46,207 nucleotides of DNA from positions 1-46,207 of the forward strand of contig JAUCBJ010006978.1 of the NCBI GenBank assembly GCA_032718475.1, given 5' to 3'. Within the stretch, counting starts at the first letter, position 1, and each line of letters begins with the position of its first letter. Origin of the DNA: Nemertoderma westbladi. Taxonomy: Eukaryota > Animalia > Xenacoelomorpha. The notes under the pieces were generated by a model. The model made no database searches. It had not been told where the DNA came from and saw only the letters and a list, made by a program, of their open reading frames with translations. Made by a program: the position numbers and the translations under genes. Shown here piece by piece: positions 12,201 to 25,400 of the stretch.

Positions 12201-15200
12201 GATTTCGAGTAGTTCATTTCATTAGTCACACCGAGGTCAACCTGCCCGACCCCAAACTGTATCAATATGATTTCGAGTTGTTCATTTCATTAGTGACACC
12301 GAGGTCAACCCGCCCGACCCCAAACTGTATCAATATGATTTCGAGTTGTTCATTTCATTAGTCACACCAAGGTCAACCTGCCCGACCCCAAGCTGTATCA
12401 ATATGATTTCGAGTTGTTCATTTCATTAGTGACACCGAGGTCAACCCGCCCGACCCCAAACTGTATCAATATGATTTCGAGTTGTTCATTTCATTAGTCA
12501 CACCGAGGTCAACCTGCCCGACCCCAAACTGTATCAATATGATTTCGAGTTGTTCATTTCATTAGTCACACCGAGGTCAACCTGCCCTACCCCAAACTGT
12601 ATCAATATGATTTCGAGTTGTTCATTTCATTAGTCACACCGAGGTCAACCCGCCCTACCCCAAACTGTATCAATATGATTTCGAGTTGTTCATTTCATTA
12701 GTGACACCGAGGTCAACCCGCCCGACCCCAAACTGTATCAATATGATTTCGAGTTGTTCATTTCATTAGTGACACCGCCGTCAACCCGCCCTACCCCAAA
12801 CTGTATCAATATGATTTCGAGTTGTTCATTTCATTAGTCACACCGAGGTCAACCCGCCCTACCCCAAACTGTATCAATATGATTTCGAGTTGTTCATTTC
12901 ATTAGTGACACCGAGGTCAACCCTCCCTACCCCAAACTGTATCAATATGATTTCGAGTTGTTCATTTCATTAGTCACACCGAGGTCAACCCGCCCTACCC
13001 CAAACTGTATCAATATGATTTCGAGTTGTTCATTTCATTAGTGACACCGAGGTCAACCCGCCCGACCCCAAACTGTATCAATATGATTTCGAGTTGTTCA
13101 TTTCATTAGTCACACCGAGGTCAACCTGCCCTACCCCAAACTGTATCAATATGATTTCGAGTTGTTCATTTCATTAGTGACACCGAGGTCAACCCGCCCG
13201 ACCCCAAACTGTATCAATATGATTTCGAGTTGTTCATTTCATTAGTCACACCGAGGTCAACCCGCCCTACCCCAAACTGTATCAATATGATTTCGAGTTG
13301 TTCATTTCATTAGTGACACCGAGGTCAACCCGCCCGACCCCAAACTGTATCAATATGATTTCGAGTTGTTCATTTCATTAGTTACACCGAGGTCAACCCG
13401 CCCTATCCCAAACTGTATCAATATGATTTCGAGTTGTTCATTTCATTAGTGACACCGAGGTCAACCCGCCCTACCCCAAACTGTATCAATATGATTTAGA
13501 GTTGTTCATTTCATTAGTCACACCGAGGTCAACCCGCCCTACCCCAAACTGTATCAATATGATTTCGAGTTGTTCATTTCATTAGTGACACCGAGGTCAA
13601 CCCGCCCGACCCCAAACTGTATCAATATGATTTCGAGTTGTTCATTTCATTAGTTACACCGAGGTCAACCCGCCCTATCCCAAACTGTATCAATATGATT
13701 TCGAGTTGTTCATTTCATTAGTGACACCGAGGTCAACCCGCCCTACCCCAAACTGTATCAATATGATTTAGAGTTGTTCATTTCATTAGTGACACCGAGG
13801 TCAACCTGCCCTACCCCAAACTGTATCAATATGATTTCGAGTTGTTCATTTCATTAGTGACACCGAGGTCAACCCGCCCGACCCCAAACTGTATCAAGAT
13901 GATTTCGAGTTGTTCATTTCATTAGTGACACCGCCGTCAACCCTCCCTACCCCAAACTGTATCAATATGATTTCGAGTTGTTCATTTCATTAGTGACACC
14001 GCCGTCAACCCTCCCTACCCCAAACTGTATCAATATGATTTCGAGTTGTTCATTTCATTAGTGACACCGAGGTCAACCCGCCCGACCCCAAACTGTATCA
14101 ATATGATTTAGAGTTGTTCATTTCATTAGTGACACCGAGGTCAACCCGCCCGACCCCAAACTGTATCAATATGATTTCGAGTTGTTCATTTCATTAGTGA
14201 CACCGCCGTCAACCCTCCCTACCCCAAACTGTATCAATATGATTTCGAGTTGTTCATTTCATTAGTCACACCGAGGTCAACCTGCCCGACCCCAAACTGT
14301 ATCAATATTATTTCGAGTTGTTCATTTCATTAGTGACACCGAGGTCAACCCGCCCGACCCCAAACTGTATCAATATTATTTCGAGTTGTTCATTTCATTA
14401 GTTACACCGAGGTCAACCCGCCCTATCCCAAACTGTATCAATATGATTTCGAGTTGTTCATTTCATTAGTCACACCGAGGTCAACCCGCCCTACCCCAAA
14501 CTGTATCAATATGATTTCGAGTTGTTCATTTCATTATTGACACCGAGGTCAACCCGCCCGACCCCAAACTGTATCAATATGATTTCGAGTTGTTCATTTC
14601 ATTATTGACACCGAGGTCAACCCGCCCGACCCCAAACTGTATCAATATGATTTCGAGTTGTTCATTTCATTAGTGACACCGAGGTCAACCCGCCCTACCC
14701 CAAACTGTATCAATATGATTTCGAGTTGTTCATTTCATTAGTCACACCGAGGTCAACCCGCCCTACCCCAAACTGTATCAATATGATTTCGAGTTGTTCA
14801 TTTCATTATTGACACCGAGGTCAACCCGCCCGACCCCAAACTGTATCAATATGATTTCGAGTTGTTCATTTCATTAGTGACACCGAGGTCAACCCGCCCT
14901 ACCCCAAACTGTATCAATATGATTTCGAGTTGTTCATTTCATTAGTCACACCGAGGTAAACCCGCCCTACCCCAAACTGTATCAATATGATTTCGAGTTG
15001 TTCATTTCATTAGTGACACCGTGGTCAACCCGCCCTACCCCAAACTGTATCAATATTATTTCGAGTTGTTCATTTCATTAGTGACACCGTGGTCAACCCG
15101 CCCTATCCCAAACTGTATCAATATGATTTCGAGTTGTTCATTTCATTAGTCACACCGAGGTCAACCCGCCCTATCCCAAACTGTATCAATATGATTTCGA

Positions 15201-17449
15201 GTTGTTCATTTCATTAGTGACACCGAGGTCAACCCGCCCTACCCCAAACTGTATCAATATGTTTTCGAGTTGTTCATTTCATTAGTGACACCGTGGTCAA
15301 CCCGCCCTACCCCAAACTGTATCAATATTATTTCGAGTTGTTCATTTCATTAGTCACACCGAGGTAAACCCGCCCTACCCCAAACTGTATCAATATGATT
15401 TCGAGTTGTTCATTTCATTATTGACACCGAGGTCAACCCGCTCTACCCCAAACTGTATCAATATGATTTCGATTTGTTCATTTCATTAGTCACACCGAGG
15501 TCAACCTGCCCGACCCCAAACTGTATCAATATTATTTCGAGTTGTTCATTTCATTAGTTACACCGAGGTCAACCCGCCCTACTCCAAACTGTATCAATAT
15601 GATTTCGAGTTGTTCATTTCATTAGTTACACCGAGGTCAACCCGCCCTACTCCAAACTGTATCAATATGATTTCGAGTTGTTCATTTCATTAGTTACACC
15701 GAGGTCAACCCGCCCTACTCCAAACTGTATCAATATGATTTCGAGTTGTTCATTTCATTAGTTACACCGAGGTCAACCCGCCCTACTCCAAACTGTATCA
15801 ATATGATTTCGAGTTGTTCATTTCATTAGTGACACCGTGGTCAACCCGCCCTATCCCAAACTGTATCAATATGATTTCGAGTTGTTCATTTCATTAGTGA
15901 CACCGAGGTCAACCCGCCCTACCCCAAACTGTATCAATATTATTTCGAGTTATTCATTTCATTAGTGACACCGAGGTCAACCCGCCCTACCCCAAACTGT
16001 ATCAATATGATTTCGAGTTGTTCATTTCATTATTGACACCGAGGTCAACCCGCCCGACCCCAAACTGTATCAATATGATTTCGAGTTGTTCATTTCATTA
16101 TTGACACCGAGGTCAACCCGCCCGACCCCAAACTGTATCAATATGATTTCGAGTTGTTCATTTCATTAGTGACACCGAGGTCAACCCGCCCTACCCCAAA
16201 CTGTATCAATATGATTTCGAGTTGTTCATTTCATTAGTCACACCGAGGTCAACCCGCCCTACCCCAAACTGTATCAATATGATTTCGAGTTGTTCATTTC
16301 ATTATTGACACCGAGGTCAACCCGCCCGACCCCAAACTGTATCAATATGATTTCGAGTTGTTCATTTCATTAGTGACACCGAGGTCAACCCGCCCTACCC
16401 CAAACTGTATCAATATGATTTCGAGTTGTTCATTTCATTAGTCACACCGAGGTAAACCCGCCCTACCCCAAACTGTATCAATATGATTTCGAGTTGTTCA
16501 TTTCATTAGTGACACCGTGGTCAACCCGCCCTACCCCAAACTGTATCAATATTATTTCGAGTTGTTCATTTCATTAGTGACACCGTGGTCAACCCGCCCT
16601 ACCCCAAACTGTATCAATATGATTTCGAGTTGTTCATTTCATTAGTCACACCGAGGTCAACCCGCCCTATCCCAAACTGTATCAATATGATTTCGAGTTG
16701 TTCATTTCATTAGTCACACCGAGGTCAACCCGCCCTATCCCAAACTGTATCAATATGATTTCGAGTTGTTCATTTCATTAGTCACACCGAGGTCAACCCG
16801 CCCTATCCCAAACTGTATCAATATGATTTCGAGTTGTTCATTTCATTAGTCACACCGAGGTAAACCCGCCCTACCCCAAACTGTATCAATATGATTTCGA
16901 GTTGTTCATTTCATTAGTGACACCGTGGTCAACCCGCCCTACCCCAAACTGTATCAATATGATTTCGAGTTGTTCATTTCATTAGTGACACCGAGGTCAA
17001 CCCGCCCTACCCCAAACTGTATCAATATTATTTAGAGTTGTTCATTTCATTAGTGACACCGAGGTCAACCCGCCCTACCCCAAACTGTATCAATATGATT
17101 TCGAGTTGTTCATTTCATTAGTGACACCGAGGTCAACCCGCCCTACCCCAAACTGTATCAATATTATTTAGAGTTGTTCATTTCATTAGTGACACCGAGG
17201 TCAACCCGCCCTACCCCAAACTGTATCAATATTATTTCGAGTTGTTCATTTCATTAGTGACACCAAGGTCAACCCGCCCTACCCCAAACTGTATCAATAT
17301 GATTTAGAGTTGTTCATTTCATTAGTGACACCGAGGTCAACCCGCCCGACCCCAAACTGTATCAATATGATTTCGAGTTGTTCATTTCATTAGTGACACC
17401 GAGGTCAACCCGCCCTACCCCAAACTGTATCAATATGATTTCGAGTTGT
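6283..17449. repeat. 68-bp satellite, 164 full units plus a partial unit
   Basis: Unit ATGATTTCGAGTTGTTCATTTCATTAGTGACACCGAGGTCAACCCGCCCTACCCCAAACTGTATCAAT. It starts at 6283 and again at 17435 = 6283 + 164x68, so there is no net indel. Confidence 0.98.
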
Positions 17450-17720
17450 CTATATTCGCCATAGATTCTGCAAGTTCCTTCGCACTGAACTGGTCATCCA
17501 AATGAAGTATGTGGTGAGAAGATTCGAAATCTTCACTGCATCAGCCGCCGGGTTTAGTAAACCTTCAAAGTGTGATTTAAGTTCTTTATCATCAGGGATA
17601 TTTTTGCCTGCGTTCCTAGAGGTATCGTTCACATTATTGCCGCCCCAATCTATCGATTAGTATATGAACCGGGAATCCTTGTTTTTAATTAGCATTCCCC
17701 TATCTATCGGAATTGGTATC
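17435..17720 (-). mobile_element. Degenerate LINE ORF2 fragment (linker between endonuclease and RT, L2/CR1-group-like)
   Basis: With stops and frameshifts: ...KDSRFIY*SIDWGG...PDDKELKSHFEGLLNP...LDDQFSAKELAESMANIDNSKSY, resembling the HFxxLLN / LDxxxSxxE / KS region preceding LINE RT domains. Confidence 0.65.
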
Positions 17721-18079
17721 ATTATCCATGATTCTAAGTTTACTTGGCTGTTCGGAAGGAAGTGTGTATGTGTGTAGGTACGTGTGGTAGGCCTACAGTA
17801 GAATCAATTGTGCGTACACTTGCCTTTACATATTTCATCGGGCTTTAATTTAGAATAATACAGAACAAAAGTGGTGAACAGATAAACCTCTGCCGCCTGA
17901 CACCATTAGTGATTTCTTGTTCGTGTTTACTAAGAAATTCAGTATTATAATATAACATTTGAATCATATTCTGTGGTAGTAGAGGTCTAATGTACTAATT
18001 TGCATATAAAAGCTAATGTAAGAGAAACAAAAATTTCCCGTACACAATATCTTCTTGATTTGTTTTATGATAGACTCAC

Positions 18080-18279
18080 CGAGTAGTAATTACCGTTGGT
18101 ATGGCGACAACCGCATTGCTGGGCATCAACACATTCACCTTGGTCGTAGGTCTTACCGGCGGCGCAAAAACAACCTTCTACGCAACTCTCCTCACTACAA
18201 CTCGGTTCAATGTTAGTGCACGAGGATTGACAGGGAAGGTGACAAACCTCGTATTCCATATTTTCCCCACATTCAATCT
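18080..18279 (-). CDS. Exon of the VWD-C8-TIL protein gene: TIL (trypsin-inhibitor-like) domain and start of the next Cys-rich module
   Basis: ttttcAG acceptor, GTGAGT donor, 200 bp, phase 1 to 0; (E)IECGENMEYEVCHLPCQSSCTNIEPSCSEESCVEGCFCAAGKTYDQGECVDAQQCGCRHTNGNYYS. Confidence 0.92.
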
Positions 18280-18630
18280 CTGAAAAATATATAAATCTTT
18301 ATTTTCAAGTCGGGGTAAAATACGCCGCGATAACAAGTAAACTCAATGATATGATATGGGGTACTGTATATCTCACGGCGTGAAATAAAGTAACTACAGT
18401 TTACTTTCAGTATGATTAAGTTAGGTAGGCCTAACAGAAGTCATTCATCACAGATGCAAACAACACAAACTGCATAAGTCGTTATCGGTACGAACCGTGT
18501 GGCGCGTGCTGTGCCGGTGTCATTAATTGGTGCACGAAATTTGTCAATGATAGGGTGCAACGGGTAAAGGTGGGCAACTCTTTTTCAAAATATCAAATAG
18601 TATAATCGGGAATAGCCCAAGGAACAGTAT

Positions 18631-18739
18631 CCGGACCACCGGACCGGACCGGACCGGACCGGACCGGACCGGACCGGACCGGACCGGACCGGACCGGACC
18701 GGACCGGACCGGACCGGACCGGACCGGACCGGACCGGAC
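18631..18739. repeat. (GGACC)n pentanucleotide microsatellite, ~20 copies
   Basis: Direct reading. Confidence 0.97.
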
Positions 18740-18829
18740 ACTTTGGAATGTATGTAGGAGACCTAACAGGTAATATTTCCAGTGATGCGAAAATATTTTT
18801 AAATTTTCAAACATTACTGAACGTTATCT

Positions 18830-19400
18830 ACTGCAGGAAACTATTGATATATTCGTCAAGTGGTCCAAAGATTGGCAGTTGAGAGTTGCTAAAAAGAAAT
18901 GTAAAGTACTAAGTATCGGTCGACCGACACTTGTCGCAGAAAATACAATTAATACAGTAGTAAAGTGCTAGATAACGTTATTAATCATAGGGACCTCGGT
19001 GTAATTATTAATAACAAATTGAATTTTGGCGAATATATTAAAACTATAGTTAAACGGGCATCAATACAACAGTATTGTCCTTAATTAGACCTATCCCTCT
19101 GGTATCTGCATATAAAGTTTATGCAAGACCGAGACCGAGACCGTTGCGTTTGGAACCCCCACTCCAACAGCAGACCTTTAACTGACCGCCTAGAATCGGT
19201 GCAAAGATTTTTTACACGTCGATTATTTCGAAGCAATTTAGACCAAAATCTATCTTATATTGAACGACTGCAATTTCATTTGTGTACAAAATAATAAACG
19301 GTTTGGTTGACTTAAACCCTGAATTATATTTCAAGCGCGATACATCTAGTATGTAGAACTAGAGGACATAGTCAGAAACTACAACAGAAATTTTGCAGAC
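18830..19400 (+). mobile_element. Degenerate CR1-like LINE 3' fragment
   Basis: Broken frames give WSKDWQL..KCKVLSIG, RDLGVIINNKLNF, AYKVYARP, WNPH, LESVQRFFTRR, SYIERL, RTRGHSQKL. Confidence 0.8.
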
Positions 19401-19424
19401 TGCTACTCCCACAATCAATATGCT

Positions 19425-22400
19425 ACCTCCAGTGAGTCTGAATAATTTGATTCAACCCACAACCAGACCTTGCTGTCTCCAGTCGTTTTGCGTTTGAATT
19501 ATTTGATCCTACCAACAAACCATATTGAAGTCTCCAGTCTTTATGAGTCTGAATTATTTGATACTAACAACAACCAGACTGCTACTGTCCCCAGTTATTT
19601 GATACTACCCCCACAACCAGATTGAAGTCTCTAGTCTTTATGAGTCCGAATTATTTGATACTAACAACAACCAGACTGCTACTGTCCCCAGTTATTTGAT
19701 ACTACCCCCACAACCAGATTGAAGTCTCCAGTGTTGATGAGTCTGAATTATATGATACTAACAACAACCAGACTGCTACTGTCCCCAGTTATTTGATACT
19801 ACCCCCACAACCAGATTGAAGTCTCCAGTCTTTATGAGTCTGAATTATTTGATACAACCTGCTACTGCTACTGATACAATCTGCTACTGTCCCCAGTTAT
19901 TTGATACTACCCCCACAACCAGATTGAAGTCTCTAGTCTTTATGAGTCCGAATTATTTGATACTAACAACAACCAGACTGCTACTGTCCCCAGTTATTTG
20001 ATACTACCCCCACAACCAGATTGAAGTCTCCAGTGTTGATGAGTCTGAATTATATGATACTAACAACAACCAGACTGCTACTGTCCCCCGTTATTTGATA
20101 CTACCCCCACAACCAGATTGAAGTCTCCAGTGTTGATGTGTCTGAATTATTTGATACTAACAACAACCAGACTGCTACTGTCCCCAGTTATTTGATACTA
20201 CCCCCACAACCAGATTGAAGTCTCTAGTCATTATGAGTCTGAATTATTTGATACTAACATCAACCAGACTGCTACAACTGTCCCCAGTTATTTGATGCTG
20301 CTTCACAATGCATATATCGAAAATTGTAACTAAATCGCTTTCGGCTGTTCATTCGATTAAAGATCCCAAACTGTTATCACTCGAGACAGCAATAAAACTG
20401 TTCAACCTGAAAATTCGGCCGTGTGTAACATACAGCCTCGGGATAATATGGCCGCACCTCACACCTACAAATTTCCTTACTCTCGATAAAATAAAGTCAT
20501 CATACCTAAAACGTGTATTGGGTCTACACAAAAACACACATAATCGCCTGGTCATCGCTATCGCGCAGGAACGCAATCTATCAATAGAACTCCAAAGTAG
20601 CCACAAATTGCCAAAGACGGAGGAGTTTACAAAATATTTAAACATCAATACAGCGAAAATTTCCGAAATTGACAGCGCATTCTGAAACACACCCGCTCTA
20701 ACAAGCCGAGACTGGACGAAGGCGAACTTCAAGCAAAGACACGTCATAACAAGATATTCTGCCCATGGGTTCCACCATCTAATATGTAATACTACCGGGT
20801 TCCACGCTGCTTCCACAGATTGTTGCTGTAAATTGTGCGGAAATCATGCCACAACGTACCATCTACTTGAATGTCCGAACAACCATCGCAGTCTAACCTA
20901 CTGGGCCACAGATGTTGGTTTTTAACTCGATCTGATATTTTACAATAATATTTTATTAATAGTCAACGTACAGAATTAATTTAATAGTTATTTTATTATC
21001 TGTGCCGATACCATGGCTTGTTCATTATATATTATAGATACTACCAACAACCAGATTGAAGTCTCCAGTCTTTATGAGTCTGAATTATTTGATACAACCC
21101 ACGACCAGACTGCTACTGTCCCCAGTTGTTTGATACAACCCACGACTAGACTGCTACTGTCCCCAGTTATTTGATACAACCCACGACCAGACTGCTACTG
21201 TCCCCAGTTATTTGATACAACCCACGACCAGACTGCTACTGTCCCCAGGTAATTGATACTACCAACAACCAGATTGAAGTCTCCAGTCTTTATGAGTCTG
21301 AATTATTTGATACTACCCACAACCAGACTGCTACAACTCTCCCCAGCTATTTTATACTACCAACAATCAGATTGAAGTCTCCAGTGTTTATGAGTCTGAA
21401 TTATTTGATACTAACAACAACCAGACTGCTACTGTCAACAGTTATTTGATACTACCAACAACCAGATTGAAGTCTCCAGTCTTTATGAGTCTGAATTATT
21501 TGATACTACCCACAACCAGACTGCTACTGTCCCCAGTTATTTGATACAACCCACGACCAGACTGCTACTGTCCCCAGGTAATTGATACTACCAACAACCA
21601 GATTGAAGTCTCCAGTCTTTATGAGTCTGAATTATTTGATACTACCCACAACCAGACTGCTACAACTCTCCCCAGCTATTTTATACTACCAACAATCAGA
21701 TTGAAGTCTCCAGTGTTTATGAGTCTGAATTAATTGATACTAACAACAACCAGACTGCTACTGTCCCCAGTTATTTTATACTACCAACAATCAGATTGAA
21801 GTCTCCAGTCTTTATGAGTCTGAATTATTTGATACTACCCACAACCAGACTGATACTGTCAACAGTTATTTGATACTACCAACAACCAGATTGAAGTCTC
21901 CAGTCTTTATGAGTCTGAATTATTTGATACAACCCACGACCAGACTGCTACTGTCCCCAGGTAATTGATACTACCAACAACCAGATTGAAGTCTCCAGTC
22001 TTTATGAGTCTGAATTATTTGATACTACCCACAACCAGACTGCTACAACTCTCCCCAGCTATTTTATACTACCAACAATCAGATTGAAGTCTCCAGTGTT
22101 TATGAGTCTGAATTATTTGATACTAACAACAACCAGACTGCTACTGTCAACAGTTATTTGATACTACCAACAACCAGATTGAAGTCTCCAGTCTTTATGA
22201 GTCTGAATTATTTGATACTACCCACAACCAGACTGCTACTGTCCCCAGTTATTTGATACAACCCACGACCAGACTGCTACTGTCCCCAGGTAATTGATAC
22301 TACCAACAACCAGATTGAAGTCTCCAGTCTTTATGAGTCTGAATTATTTGATAGAACCCACAACCAGACTGCTACAACTCTCCCCAGCTATTTTATACTA

Positions 22401-25400
22401 CCAACAATCAGATTGAAGTCTCCAGTGTTTATGAGTCTGAATTATTTGATACTAACAACAACCAGACTGCTACTGTCCCCAGTTATTTTATACTACCAAC
22501 AATCAGATTGAAGTCTCCAGTCTTTATGAGTCTGAATTATTTGATACAACCCACGACCAGACTGCAACTGTCCCCAGGTAATTGATACTACCAACAACCA
22601 GATTGAAGTCTCCAGTCTTTATGAGTCTGAATTATTTGATACTACCCACAACCAGACTGCTACAACTCTCCCCAGCTATTTTATACTACCAACAATCAGA
22701 TTGAAGTCTCCAGTGTTTATGAGTCTGAATTATTTGATACTAACAACAACCAGACTGCTACTGTCAACAGTTATTTGATACTACCAACAACCAGATTGAA
22801 GTCTCCAGTCTTTATGAGTCTGAATTATTTGATACTACCCACAACCAGACTGCTACAACTCTCCCCAGCTATTTTATACTACCAACAATCAGATTGAAGT
22901 CTCCAGTGTTTATGAGTCTGAATTATTTGATACTAACAACAACCAGACTGCTACTGTCAACAGTTATTTGATACTACCAACAACCAGATTGAAGTCTCCA
23001 GTCTTTATGAGTCTGAATTATTTGATACTACCCACAACCAGACTGCTACTGTCCCCAGTTATTTGATACTACCAACAACCAGATTGAAGTCTCCAGTCTT
23101 TATGAGTCTGAATTATTTGATACTACCCACAACCAGACTGCTACTGTCCCCAGTTATTTTATATTACCAACAACCAGATTGAAGTCTCCAGTCTTTATGA
23201 GTCTGAATTATTTGATACTACCCACAACCAGACTGCTACTGTCCCCAGTTATTTTATATTACCAACAACCACATTGAAGTCTCCAGTCTTTATGAGTCTT
23301 AATTATTTGATACAACCCACGACCAGACTGCTACTGTCCCCAGTTATTTGATACTACCCCCACAACCACATTGAAGTCTCCAGTCTTTATGAGTCTAAAT
23401 TATTTGATCCACAACCAGATTGAAGTCTCCAGTCTTTATCAGTATGAATTATTTGATACTACCCACAACCAGACTGCTACTGTCCCCAGTTATTTGATAT
23501 AACCCACGACCAGACTGCTAATGTCCCCAGTTATTTGATACTACCAACAACCAGATTGAAGTCTCCAGTCTTTATGAGTCTGAATTATTTAATACTAACA
23601 ACAACCAGACTGCTACTGTCCCCAGTTATTTGATACTACCAACAACCAGATTGAAGTCTCCAGTCTTTATGAGTCTGAATTATTTGATACTACCCACAAC
23701 CAGATTGAAGTCTCCAGTCTTTATGAGTCTGAATTATTTGATACTACCCACGACCAGACTGCTACTGTCCCCAGTTATTTGATATAACCCACGACCAGAC
23801 TGCTAATGTCCCCAGTTATTTGATACTACCAACAACCAGATTGAAGTCTCCAGTCTTTATGAGTCTGAATTATTTAATACTAACAACAACCAGACTGCTA
23901 CTGTCCCCAGTTATTTGATACTACCAACAACCAGATTGAAGTCTCCAGTCTTTATGAGTCTGAATTATTTGATACTACCCACAACCAGATTGAAGTCTCC
24001 AGTCTTTATGAGTCTGAATTATTTGATACTACCCACGACCAGACTGCTACTGTCCCCAGTTATTTGATACTACCAACAACCAGATTGAAGTCTCCAGTCT
24101 TTATGAGTCTGAATTATTTGATACTAACAACAACCAGACTGCTACTTACTGTCCCCAGTTATTTGATACTACCAACAACCAGATTGAAGTCTCCAGTCTT
24201 TATGAGTCTGAATTATTTGATACTAACAACAACCAGTCTGCTACTGTCCACAGTTATTTTATATTACGAACAACCAGATTGAAGTCTCCAGTCATTGAGT
24301 CTGAATTATTTGATACTAACAACAACCAGACTGCTACAGTCCCAAATTATTTGATACTACCAACAACCAGATTGAAGTCTCCAGTCTTTATGAGTCTGAA
24401 TTATTTGATACTAACAACAACCAGACTGCTACTGTCCCCAGTTACAGTATTATATACTACCAACAACCAGAGTGAAGTCTCCAGTCTTTATGAGTCTGAA
24501 TTATTTGATACAACCCACGACCAGACTGCTACTGTCCCCAGTTATTTGATACTACCCCCCCCCCCCCCCAACCAGATTGAAGTCTCCAGTCTTTATGAGT
24601 CTGGATTATTTGGTACTAACAACAACCAGACTGCTACTGTCCCCAGTTATTTGATACTACCCCCACAACCAGATTGAAGTCTCCAGTCTTTATGAGTCTG
24701 AATTATTTGATACTACCCACAACCAGACTGCTACTGTCCCCAGTTATTTGATACTACCCCCACAACCAGATTGAAGTCTCCAGTCTTTATGAGTCTGAAT
24801 TATTTTATACTAACAACAACCAGACTGCTACTGTCCCCAGTTATTTGATACTACCCCCACAACCAGATTGAAGTCTCCAGTCTTTATGAGTCTGAATTAT
24901 TTGCTACTAACAACAACCAGACAGCTACAACTGTCCCCAGTTATTTGATACTACCCCCACAACCAGATTGAAGTCTCCAGTGTTGATGAGTCTGAATTAT
25001 TTGATACTAACAACAACCAGACTGCTACTGTCCCCAGTTATTTGATACTACCCCCACAACCAGATTGAAGTCTCCAGTGTTGATGAGTCTGAATTATTTG
25101 ATACTATCAACAACCAGACTGCTACTGTCCCCAGTTATTTGATACTACCCCCACAACCAGATTGAAGTCTCTAGTCTTTATGAGTCTGAATTATTTGATA
25201 CTAACAACAACCAGGCTGCTACTGTCCCCAGTTATTTGATACTACCCCCACAACCAGATTGAAGTCTCCAGTGTTGATGAGTCTGAATTATTTGATACTA
25301 ACAACAACCAGACTGCTACTGTCCCCAGTTATTTTATACTACCAACAATCAGATTGAAGTCTCCAGTGTTTATGAGTCTGAATTATTTGATACTACCCAC

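Noticed and set aside
6283-17449. CRISPR-like array
   Set aside because: No unique spacers; contiguous near-identical units in a eukaryotic intron
18544-18814. SGPVR-repeat ORFs
   Set aside because: Translation of the (GGACC)n microsatellite
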